Positions 1-10,549 of a stretch of DNA of 64,000 nt are shown here, piece by piece. The DNA comes from Marsupella aquatica (lineage: Eukaryota > Plantae > Marchantiophyta): contig OZ316893.1 of the NCBI GenBank assembly GCA_973895155.1, forward strand, positions 4,136,490-4,200,489, in the 5' to 3' direction. The notes below the pieces were generated by a model. It did no database searches and was not told the origin of the DNA. It worked only from the letters and a program-made list of their open reading frames with translations. Position 1 is the stretch's first letter. The number at the start of each line of letters is the position of its first letter. The position numbers and the translations under genes are program-made.

Positions 1-17
1 AGGCTTGCATAACATCG

Positions 18-2855
18 ATGGCTGTGCCTGTAAGGCGTGAGTTGCATCCCGCTGAGTCGGCCGGTGTCGGAGCACTCTCAGGTATCATAGAGGTTCTGCT
101 TCAGCAACCTTCTGTTTCTATCAAGAACTCCATACAGGTAAGTAGTTTATTGCCTCCAACTCTGTCAGTAGCTACTATGGCTGTTCAGACGCTCGACCCA
201 ATTCCCGATTCAGGGACTTGTTCGTATCGACCTTATGGACACACTACTGTTTTAAAGTATTCAGTTATGTTGTCTCGATGCCTCGACGAGTGAGGTCGGG
301 GACAGGTTATCATAGACCATTTCAAACTTGTCTAAGAGAGTTCTTCACTCAGAATTCTCATTCACTAGAAGTTTGCATAATAAGTTTGAGATTCTCTAGT
401 GATATGATTGACCCAGTCCAAGAATTTGTGACTCTTGTTATTCTGCGAAGAACTTAGTCAATTGTGAAACTGCGAGTCTTAGCAAGACATCTACGTTCAA
501 CCGCATGGTCTGAACTCCATCGAAATTAATCTACGACAGGGTTCAGATATGAAATTATATCTTTTATTCGGAGTCATTGTGAGGCGTGCAATTTAAACAT
601 GAAAGAGCACCACCTGCTATAAATTGAAATCCAGAATATCCTACAGAGACTTGGTAAGTTTATTGTTGATGTAAACACTCAAAATCAACACAAGCGTACG
701 CCAAGAACCGGTATAAGCTATGGGAAGTGGCCAATTTTTCATAGAGAACTATCATCACGCCAAGCAATATTAAACACCTGATAGCATAAGCTATTGTTCT
801 TGAAATCAGAGGGTCGACTGGAGCCCTTCCAGACAAATTTGCAGCACTCCGATTCAGAATTGAGTAATCTTTTGACGCTGGACACGGACTTAAGATATTA
901 TTTCCGCGACTACGGTCATCTCTTGAAGTGGATTGGTGATTTTCGAGTCTCTTACAATACTTAAAAAGCCTGTATTTGGTTACTGTTGGCTAACTTGCAA
1001 TTGAATTGAGCTACTGTTTTTCTTTCAGGATAAAAAGCCAATCACCTTCGATCCTAGAGTTTTGTATAGAGGGGTCGGGATCAATGCCACCAGTATAGCG
1101 CCGATCATTGCCATTCAATTTGGGTTCAGCAGTTTTTTGCAAAGGAGCTTGACAAGTAAGGCAGCATGCACTTCAGTTTTGCAATCCCACCTTTGAAATG
1201 AATTAATGCACATTGAGCAGTTTTCTGCAACGGAGCTTGGCAAGTAGGCAGGCCTTCACGTTAGTTGCAATCCCAGTTCAGAATGAAGTAATGCACACAC
1301 AGAGAACTGTCTCGTAGCTGCTCTGAAGTTTCCAAATATGCACTGCAGGATTCTAGACAATCGTTTATTTTCTCATTTTTAAATTCAGATGGAAAGTCAC
1401 TGAGGCCAAACCTTTATTTCAAAAGCGAGATGCCAGGGATTCTCGGCTGTGTGGGTGCTCGTCCACATACGGGTCCATGTTGTAGATAGAAGAAATGAGT
1501 TTTGGGGCTTAACTTTCAGATAATCCGACTGCGCTTCAGACGGGAGCCATGGCTGGAGCAGCGGGGATGGTTTCAGCCTTGTGCTCTGGCCCTGCTGAGC
1601 TTCTCATGATTCAGCAACAAAGATCGGGACTGAGTTTTGTTAGGCAAGCGCATGCTGTGGCTAGTAAGCACGGTTGGCTTTCAATCTTCAGGGGATTGGT
1701 ACGGAACTCCGTCTGCCCATTAGATTCTTAAGCAGACTGAAGGCCTGAATTTTGTCGTCTTAACAAGCAACTTGAGTTTATCGTTTTGTTGTATTGAAAA
1801 TTGCTTATCTCTGTCTGCCCAATAGATTCTTAGATAGAATGAAATCCTGCATTTTGAAGCAACTTGAATTCTTCGTTTTGTTGTGTTGAAAATTTCTTAT
1901 CATGGATAAGTTGCAGCTGAATAGAGATGATCTCGTCTCATACTAGACGCTTTAGACAGATGTCTAGATTGACGCTAAATTTGTATCTTTAGGGCACTTT
2001 TGATCCGTATTTTAGCCTTCTTCCCTCCAAAATCAAGTGGCCGGCTTGAGAATAGTTTATGTGGAGCTTGATATTTATTTTGCAGCGTCTTGCAATTCCA
2101 CATCCTCTGCTGTGGTGCACGAAACAGTTAATGAGGGGTTCTGAAAGGGCCCATCGGCTAGTTTTTCATGTTTCAGAGTCCAACAGCAGTAAGAGAAGGG
2201 ATTTTCACGGCATCCTACTTGGGTATGAAACCTGTTGTACAAGAAGAATTGATGCGCTGGCCTGGACGGAGTTTTAAAAATCGGCCGACCTTGACAACTT
2301 TTCTTGCTGCAGCGACTTCAGGCCTGCTAGCGGCAGTAGTAACACACCCATTTGACACCATTAAGACCCGAATGCAGGCCAACCTAGACGTTCCGGTCTA
2401 CAGGTATCTATTGAAACGATGAACCAAGTGGCTAATCGACTTTGATCACTTCATTTCGTTTTGCGGTCTTATTTTAACCGAATCGGTCCTTAAAGGAAAT
2501 GTTTTGATATTGTCCAACCAATGATAGAAGGAGAGCAGAATTGTTGCCTGGTATGCTGGAAATGACTTACTTCTTGGTATTATGAATTACAAGGATTGAC
2601 TCCTACACTTTTGAGTAGGATTGAGAATCTTTCGCGTAGTGTCTTCCAACCAATACTCGTCCTGAATTCTCTGCACATTGATACAGAACATTGACATCAA
2701 CAGCCAAAGTTCTCTGGACTGAGGGAGGAGTACGCCAATTGTACTCTGGCATTGTTCCCCGAACACAGAGAACTGTTTGTGCTGTCTATATCTACGGGGA
2801 GGCGAAGGCACACTTCACTCACTTGTACTTTGAAGAGATTTGCAGAAGAGGTTGA
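18..2855 (+). CDS. Mitochondrial carrier family (SLC25) protein, 5 exons
   Basis: Exons 18-137, 1029-1155, 1520-1698, 2177-2403 and 2687-2855 join in frame via GT-AG introns. Carrier signature Px[DE]xx[KR]-like motifs are present (QQPSVSIKNSIQ, GPAELLMIQQQ, THPFDTIKTRMQ), as are LYRG/IFRG/LYSG motifs. TGA at 2853-2855. Confidence 0.85.
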
Positions 2856-3789
2856 CAAGGTGAAATTACACTGAGCTGGTTCTCTCGATTTCCTTGACTC
2901 ATGGGTGTGGTTCTCAGCCTGTGATAGCAATAACTAACATGTCATGCGAAGACTGCAGAAGTAGGCTCCTTTGGTGTAAGTTTGGGTTACATTGTAGGCA
3001 TTTCTATGTTTTTAAACTGTTTTAGACATTTCTCTGTTACACCAAACTCATGGTACTTTAGAGAAAAGTTGCCAAAACTTAGACCACAGCAAATGCTGAT
3101 CCCATACAAGGTCTGCCAAAGGCCAGCCTGATACCGTAATGTATATAACAGAGAGAGGGTGAATCTCAATCCATATGTTCAAATTAATGTAACCAACTCC
3201 TATCTCCAAAGTGGGAATTGATAAGTTCAACAATTCGTCCCATCTAATGGCCTGCATTCAATGGTGTTCGGTTGTTTCTAATGGTTAGCTCACACCTTCT
3301 AGGCTAAGTAGCCTGGACATTTCCAAGTACCTGGTTTTGATGTGGAGGGTAACCCATGGCCCCAGGGCATGGGTTAGCATGCCAAACCCCAACTTACATT
3401 TTTTTTTCACATATGATTGAAACTTTGAAACTTCGCAAGCCTGGCTAGGGATTATGGTGTTGGGCAACCCATGGCCCCAAGGGGGTTCTAGGATGTAATC
3501 TCCAAGGGGCGGTGAGCTTGATGGGTTTATAGCAATGGCCCTCAAGTGGCTATGGGTGAACGGGTGTAAGTGTAGTTTTGTTTTATTTTGCCCTGAAAAT
3601 TGCACCTGAAATTGGATAACCCTCAAGGCGGGCTAACCAAATGGGGGGGAATCTCATATCCCTTCATAACCCCAAGGCAAGGGTTATGGCTCATAGGCAC
3701 CCACAGAACTACAAAGAGAAAACTATAAAACTAGAGAAGGGGTTTAAGAAACTTGGAGCCCATAGAGGCCCACAGGAAGTGTGTGGTGG

Positions 3790-4262
3790 TTCACTTGAGT
3801 TGAGACTTGTAGATCTAGAGTTCAAATGTTGTGATTATGATAGTTTCGAGTTGAGACTAATGGGTCTAGAGTTCAAATGTTGTGATTGTCATAAGTCACT
3901 TGTATTAAATGCATCAGTGTAGAGTTCAAATGTTGTGATTGACTCTTCCTTTTACATGGGATTTCACAAATTTCCCTTTAGGAAAAACAAACCAAAAAAA
4001 CTTGGAAGCCCTGGGCAGGCAGGAGGGGGGTTGGGGCTCCCATGAAACTATGAAGCAAAAAAGTGTTCAAATGTTGTGATTGTGGTAACTCACTTGCGTT
4101 AGACTCATAGGTCTAGTCCAAATGTTGTGATTGACTCTTCCTTTTATGTGGGGTGATTCACATATGTCCCCTTGGGAAAAACAAACTAGAAAACTTGGAA
4201 CCCCTCAGCAGGCAGGTGGGGGGTGGGGGGGGGTTGGGGGCTCCCATGAAACTACGAAGCAT
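3790..4262. repeat. Degenerate tandem/direct repeats (gttcaaatgttgtgatt units plus a larger duplicated block)
   Basis: The motif caaatgttgtgatt recurs about 5 times. The block ...ggggttggggctcccatgaaacta.gaagca is present twice (~3940-4060 and ~4130-4262). Confidence 0.6.
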
Positions 4263-4740
4263 CAAAGTGAGGGACGGGTTACGTAAGCCGAAAGGAAAGA
4301 GGTTTACTCTTGGGCAATTTCCAACGAAGCAGACCCAGCTTGGGAACTTTTTGTGATATGAGTGGAGAAGCTCTCGAGAAGCTATCGAGAGCTGTCGCGA
4401 AACCCCATTCTGCTTTGATTTAAGACGCGTATTTCACCACAGCCCAAGTTAAGCTCCTGGACATAGATTCACTACTGAACTACACATCGTTATATCGTGT
4501 CCGCAGGGAAGCAGACAGCGGTTGGAGATTGTGCATGAGCCACACAAGCTCGAAAATCTCGTTGAGCAATCGGCATAGGAATCGATTTCGATGTTTTTGC
4601 TGAGGACAATTTGCAAATTGAGATCCTTAGGCTTCACTAGCATCTTGCAATCTCTATCCAAGCGTACAATCTCCACTGGCTACTGCCTCCCATTGCATCG
4701 AGTCCTCTTTCACTCCGACTTTCACATCCTCTCTCGAGCA

Positions 4741-5775
4741 ATGCCTTCGTCTAACAAATACGCCGCAGCTCATGTCTCACCTCAAGGTCCTGGCGATGCC
4801 CGCCCCACCGCTCTCCAGATAGTCAAGGATGAAAACCTGATCGGCAAGCTCACAGGCAAGACCTTCCTTATAACTGGGTGTAGCTCTGGAATTGGAGTCG
4901 AGACGGCGCGTGCGCTCTCTGCGACAGGAGCCAGGCTCTACTTACCGGTCCGGGACTTAGCGACTTCGCAGCGCAGCCTTGCTGATGTCCTCGAGCCGGG
5001 GCGTGTCGAGCTGCTGCAGCTAGATTTGACTTCCTTAGCTAGTGTTGGACAGTGCGCTGAAGAGTTCCTGCAAAAAGTGCAAGAAAGACACCACGGCCTC
5101 AACGTTCTAATCTGCAACGCAGGCGTAATGGCCCTCGAAACCCTGACGCGAACAGGAGATGGATTTGAAATCCAATTCGGAACGAATCACCTCGGTCATT
5201 TCCTCCTGTTCAACCTCCTCAAAGACGCCCTCCTTGCCTCCTCAACGCCCCAGTTCAACTCCAGAGTGGTGATGCTCTCCTCCTCCGGCCATCGAAATGG
5301 TAGGATCCGCTTCCACGACCTTAACTTCCACGAGGAGAATTCGTACTCTCCATGGAGTGCATACGGACAATCGAAGACGGCGAACATCTACATGAGCAAT
5401 TACATTGAGCGACATTTTGGGGACGAAGGGCTCCACGCCAACGCCGTGATGCCAGGCGGGATTTGGACGCCGTTGCAGAAACACATAGAACCAGAATCGC
5501 TTGCAAAGATGAAAGCAGATGTGGAAATTAACAAGGCCATGAAAAGTACTGAACAGGGGGCTGCGACGACGGTATGGGCGGCGGTGGCGAAGCAGTGGGA
5601 GGGAAATGGAGGCCATTATCTCGAAAATTGTCAGTTGTCGGAGTTGGTGGTTGATCCGACACGTTTCGAGCCGGGATATGTAAAGCATGCTTTTGACGAA
5701 GACGCGGAGGAGAGGCTGTGGGCGGAGAGTGAGAAATTAGTCACATTGCTGCCTCAGAGTGGAAGGAAGGTGTGA
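4741..5775 (+). CDS. Short-chain dehydrogenase/reductase (retinol dehydrogenase/WWOX-like), intronless, fungal-type N-terminus
   Basis: Uninterrupted ORF (open from 4591; likely start MPSSNKY at 4741). Motifs: TGCSSGIG Rossmann, CNAG, FGTNHLGHF, SSSGH, catalytic YGQSK, and QGAATTVWAA. Confidence 0.92.
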   Translation: MPSSNKYAAAHVSPQGPGDARPTALQIVKDENLIGKLTGKTFLITGCSSGIGVETARALSATGARLYLPVRDLATSQRSLADVLEPGRVELLQLDLTSLASVGQCAEEFLQKVQERHHGLNVLICNAGVMALETLTRTGDGFEIQFGTNHLGHFLLFNLLKDALLASSTPQFNSRVVMLSSSGHRNGRIRFHDLNFHEENSYSPWSAYGQSKTANIYMSNYIERHFGDEGLHANAVMPGGIWTPLQKHIEPESLAKMKADVEINKAMKSTEQGAATTVWAAVAKQWEGNGGHYLENCQLSELVVDPTRFEPGYVKHAFDEDAEERLWAESEKLVTLLPQSGRKV

Positions 5776-6042
5776 AGGTGGAAGGTTGAGAATTCCAACC
5801 AGCCCCGGGGTATGCAATGAAGCTTAGTAATCCTACAGGTAGATGCGGGATACGTTCCGTCGTTGCGCCATCCCGACGGAATCGATGTCCTGATTAGCTT
5901 CCCTCCCACATGACCGTGATCGTCCTTCTTGCATTGAGGTGTTGTTTCCACCCGGACCGGCCGAAGATCCATCCATACTCAATGGTGAAGTTGCACACTC
6001 ACGCATGTTGTGAGTACTCCGTGTCTTTCCGGCAAAGAAATT

Positions 6043-6190
6043 GCCTCCACATTTCGCGGAAACGTGAGTGTTGGACGTTATGAGAGCTCTCTTCTTTTTA
6101 TTCTTTTCCCTAACGCCTCCACATTTCGCGGAAACGTGAGTGTTGGACGTTAGGAGGTCTCTCTTCTATTTTATTCTTTGCGTAACGCCC
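6043..6190. repeat. Direct repeat, 2 x ~72 bp
   Basis: gcctccacatttcgcggaaacgtgagtgttggacgtta occurs at 6043 and 6115. Confidence 0.8.
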
Positions 6191-7407
6191 AGGATGCAAT
6201 GAATGTGTTTATTATTATATTCTTCCTGGAATTGTTACACATTTTCAACTCAATGATACTGCTATCGAGAGATCACTGTTGGTAGACCCTGCGTTAAGGG
6301 ACCTGACTCGTTCACAGACAGATACTAGACCAACCTGTCTACTTGTGCAAAGCGTTGCTCATTGTTTCAGGTATTACAATCCAAAGTAACTATGACTCTC
6401 CATGATGGGTGGCGCCATTCTGGGTCTGTGGCTTTGCTCGAAGTCAGGGGCCTACAGTCTTTGCATCGACAATGTAATTAATTGAAACTAATGCAGTTGG
6501 CTTTACAGAAACTATGGGCTCATTCATGTTTTGATGTTTGCCAATACTATATGGCGCAATGGGCACAAGTAAATGCTGACGCCGAGTGTTCACTTTGTCT
6601 AACAATTTACCATTACCTCTAGAGATCCAAACATTTCCAAAGTTTGGATGCTTCATTCAAAGGATTTCCATTTGTTTGATTTCATTCTCAAAAGATCTTT
6701 TGTATGGAGTCAGTGTTTAGAACAGGAAATGTCGCATTTATTGAACTTCATTTAGAAAGCTCTTTGGCATGGAGTCTCTGCTTGCGTCAAGAATTTTTTC
6801 GTGTCACTCTAAGTAATCTTTTGTAAGGAGTCAATGTCTAGAAACGAAGTATTCACATTTGTTGAACTTCATTTAAGAAGGTTTTTGGTATGGAGTCTCT
6901 GTTTAAACAGCCACTAGCCATGGCAAAAAAACTGGCAAAAAACAGACTTCACCATTTTTAGTACTTTTTCTTGAAATTGTGGAGCAAAGTCTCCCAGTAG
7001 AGGAGAGGAGTGAAAAAGGGAAAGTCTTGGACACATCTCCTTTTATATGGCCGGTGGTTTGAAACAAGAAGTGACACTCTAGTGAAATGTTTGGTATGGA
7101 GTTTATGTTTAGAACAAGAAGCGGCTTAGAACAAGAAGGAGCTCTCTAGTAAAAAACTGCCCAGTAGGAAAAAAAACTTTCTCAAGTGCCCTACACTTCT
7201 TGTAGAGTCACCCTGAGTGCTCGTCTGATCATTCTCGGAGTTGTGTTGATACCAACGTAAGAGCACATTAATAAGTTCAGAAAAGGGGAATGGCACCAAA
7301 TTTGGTGGCTTTGCAATGGATCATACAACTAGAGAGAGAACTTAACGGTTCTTCACGGAGAAGATCAGTGAGCAGCGATATGACGGCCATTGTTATCGTC
7401 TCTCCAG

Positions 7408-7503
7408 AGTGATGGTCCCAAAACTAGTCACCAACGAGCTTGATGGTCCCAAAAACTAGTCACCAACAAGCGTGATGGTCCCAACCCAAAACTAGTCACC
7501 AAC
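7408..7503. repeat. Short tandem repeat, 3 x ~31 bp
   Basis: tgatggtcccaaaactagtcaccaac is repeated three times with small indels. Confidence 0.75.
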
Positions 7504-9415
7504 GTGCAGAAGCAAAGAAACTTAAATCGAACAGTAGTGGGTCAGTATTGCAAATGACGATGTTGCCTGCCAATTCTAGGTGCTCATATTGTCCAAACTG
7601 TGGGCCCATAGACTCTTTGTAAAATTCTGGGAATGTCCATTCACGTTGATTTGCATTTGGAAGCAAAGCCATGGATTGGAATGCAAACCAGATGATTGCA
7701 GCTATTGAGATCCTGATATTTTCCACGTACTTTCTCAAAGCTTCCAACTAAATCTACATTCTATCAACCATGATATGAACATTTATTGCAATGATTGCCA
7801 ACACAAGGCTCTAGTCACTCGGACCTTTCTCACAGCCTGCACCTGAAAGTCAAGCTCCTTCCATGTCTCTGCAAACCAGAACCGTCATTGTGCTGAATTT
7901 TGAAGACCGTGTAATCTTGTAAATTGCTTGCTGCATGAATGTGGGAATGCATTTTCAGGTCATGATCCCTCTTTTGTATGTAGCCTGGCCGTTGCTGAAT
8001 GAATATATATCCTTTTGTGGGTTGTAGTGTGATATGATCGGTGGCGCCATTCTGGGTCGAGAAAAGTAACCTTTGATGTTGTCAAATATTGAACCACTAC
8101 GCGGCACCCCTCCCAAGCTGTTAGATATAATATGTTGCAGGCAACCAGCTCCATCAGGAACTGCCATGATCGTAGAAGAGTCCGCCGAGCAAATAATATC
8201 ACACTTTTGCGATCGAGGAGGTCGATTTTGAAACTCATGATGGTGGAAGCGAGGGTGGAAGCTCCTTCGACAGTATCTCCTGACCTGTATGCATATGGAC
8301 TCAACGGGGTCGCATCATCTCAACTCTTCAGGCGATGGCAGGATGTGTTCTCGGACATAGCGCGCTCCTGGGCGGGCCATGCAACTACGGTCTGGATATG
8401 AGACTGCAGGCTTGGCAGCAATCAATTCAGAGAACAAATTGGTCAGGAGTTGCTCGTCTGAAGTCCTCAATAATGGCCCATATGGACCTCAATCCAACCC
8501 GAATGTTGAATAATTGCGAACTGGGTTCGACTTTCAAAGTGCTCGAGAAAATGCGAACTGATGACGAAAGATGGATCCTAGGACCGAGAGCGTTGCAGTC
8601 GACTGTTCAACGCATGTAGCCGCAGCCACCTGGGTTTATAAACTGAATGATCTGTCTGACCCTCTGAGCTGCTTTCAGAGACTGAGGATGTTCTCGGCAT
8701 TTCTGCTCGCAAACAAGTAGCTCTGGAGAAGAAGCGGCAGCTGGTTCAAACTTTCAACTGAAACTGTGCTCGATTCAAGGCCTGCAGTCAATTTAATTAA
8801 TTGAAGTGCTCAACTGAACAAGAGCGCCAATATTTTCGTTTTGTTCGGAATTATGTAAACTTTGAATCGAATCGAAAGATCTGCAATCATGTCAAAGCAG
8901 GACTAGCTTGACCAATCATATATTTGCCTACATCAGTGATGGCGCCTGCCCCCGTTTTGCAGTGGGACTTGAACCCATGGCATGTTTAGAAGCAAACAAA
9001 AGCATCTCCACGAGCCGGTGAACTTGTAGGTGAGTGTAATGACATGCATACGTACTAAGGTGGGGTGCGCCTGAGAAGCTATCCCCTGGAGAACTCAATT
9101 ACAAGGACGCCACTGCCCGATATCCAGGACGAAGAAACATCCTTGGTACGAATTTTGATCAAATTCATTGCTGACCCTAAAGAAGATCAGCAGCTAATTA
9201 AAATGAATAACTGCAGGCTGGTTGTCATTCATCTCCACTTGACATATATTTCGACTCCAATTAACTGAAGAGTAATCGGACAGTTCATCTCAATCTGCTG
9301 ATGAGATAAATTCGATACTTAGCTCCTTTCCCAGGTGAACGACACAAATCGCCATGATCATCTGCTTGACTTCACAATCTGACGCAAAAAATCGTAGGAA
9401 GTTCTGTAAACCAAA

Positions 9416-10549
9416 CTACAAATTTTCTCCACTTCTTCCCAAAGATATGTCAGCTGCGTCCATCCGCTTTTGGAACACGCGCCATTCGGAGTTGCATCTT
9501 TCCCTGACCCCCTCCCATGCAGCCTTACCATTTACAGCTACTCCCTGCCCTCCTAGAGTGGGCACGCCTTCGTGTCGGATCCATTGGGAATCGACCACTC
9601 CCATCTTCTCGTGTGCGGGCTCAACGCACCGTTGCATGGTGAAATCCAAGCCCCATCCGTGAACAAGGTCATTCTGAATCATATGCCAAACACAACGCCA
9701 CGCATTGGTGGAAAACACCGGTGCCATGATCTCAACAAACCCTGCACAAGGTGGTTTTAGCGGATCAAGGCACAAGCCGGGCTTCTCCACAGCCGTCTTG
9801 TGCACCTCTCCATCGGCCCTGCGGCTGGTCATCTCCCAGGTCGGGGCGTTGTCCAGCCCTGGTTGCGAGATCTCGAGACCATGCTTTCTCACAAGCGCTA
9901 TGTACTCTTCAGCATCGAAATGCTCTACTCCCAGATCTTCATCCCACAGGAAAATGTAATTGTAAGGAGCTACGACATCAGGGTGCAGGAACCGCTTGGC
10001 GTACCACCACTTGGTCTGCTTTTGCGCGCTCACATGAATGGCGGTCTTGGACCACTCGAACTCGTCCCAATCGTCAACGTTCCCATCATAGTGAAACAAC
10101 ATGATCGTCCATTTCTTCGGAAACTTGGCAACAGCCAAGTTTACCGACTCCTTCTGCTGCACACCAACGGTGAATGTGACCAAGTACTTGGATGGGTTCT
10201 CGGGTAGGTCCTCCTCAGGATTCCCCCACAGTCTGCGCTCGTACAAATCCGTCTCTGGTACGATTATACCCGGTGGGAGACCCTCTGTTCCACGAGGACG
10301 CTTGCTCGCCACGAGGTGAGGATCGGTATTGGAACGAGCTTCCGAGGGACCACCCGAGGAACCTCCCGAGGGAGCATGATCGCAAAAGAAAGTGCCGTCG
10401 CCAATCTTTGACAAATTGTCTTCTCCGAACTTCACCAGAGAGCAGCCGATGAGGACGCCCAGTAAAAGTCCACAGGAAGTAGTAACAATCACCCTGGTCT
10501 TCGTTCGCTTAGACTTGGAAAGACGGTCGACACTGCCACGGGCTGCCAT
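9416..10549 (-). CDS. DUF707 family protein (type II membrane protein, putative glycosyltransferase-like), intronless
   Basis: Single ORF (open from 10615; first ATG at 10549) with an N-terminal TM helix. Hallmark DUF707 motifs: LPPGIIVPETDLYERRLWGNPEEDL, LFHYDG, QTKWWYAKRFLHPDVV, YIFLWDEDLG, CAGFVEIMAPVFS, WHMIQNDLVHGWGLD. Confidence 0.92.
   Translation of the reverse strand: MAARGSVDRLSKSKRTKTRVIVTTSCGLLLGVLIGCSLVKFGEDNLSKIGDGTFFCDHAPSGGSSGGPSEARSNTDPHLVASKRPRGTEGLPPGIIVPETDLYERRLWGNPEEDLPENPSKYLVTFTVGVQQKESVNLAVAKFPKKWTIMLFHYDGNVDDWDEFEWSKTAIHVSAQKQTKWWYAKRFLHPDVVAPYNYIFLWDEDLGVEHFDAEEYIALVRKHGLEISQPGLDNAPTWEMTSRRADGEVHKTAVEKPGLCLDPLKPPCAGFVEIMAPVFSTNAWRCVWHMIQNDLVHGWGLDFTMQRCVEPAHEKMGVVDSQWIRHEGVPTLGGQGVAVNGKAAWEGVRERCNSEWRVFQKRMDAADISLGRSGENL

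Noticed and set aside
3283-3638. MITE with TIRs ggttagctcacacctt / aaggcgggctaacc
   Set aside because: The inverted match is short and imperfect, and no clear TSD could be established.
5196-5688. Antisense ORFs overlapping the SDR (similarly over DUF707, ENT, TAF9 and pol)
   Set aside because: These are shadow ORFs of real coding sequence with no recognisable motifs.
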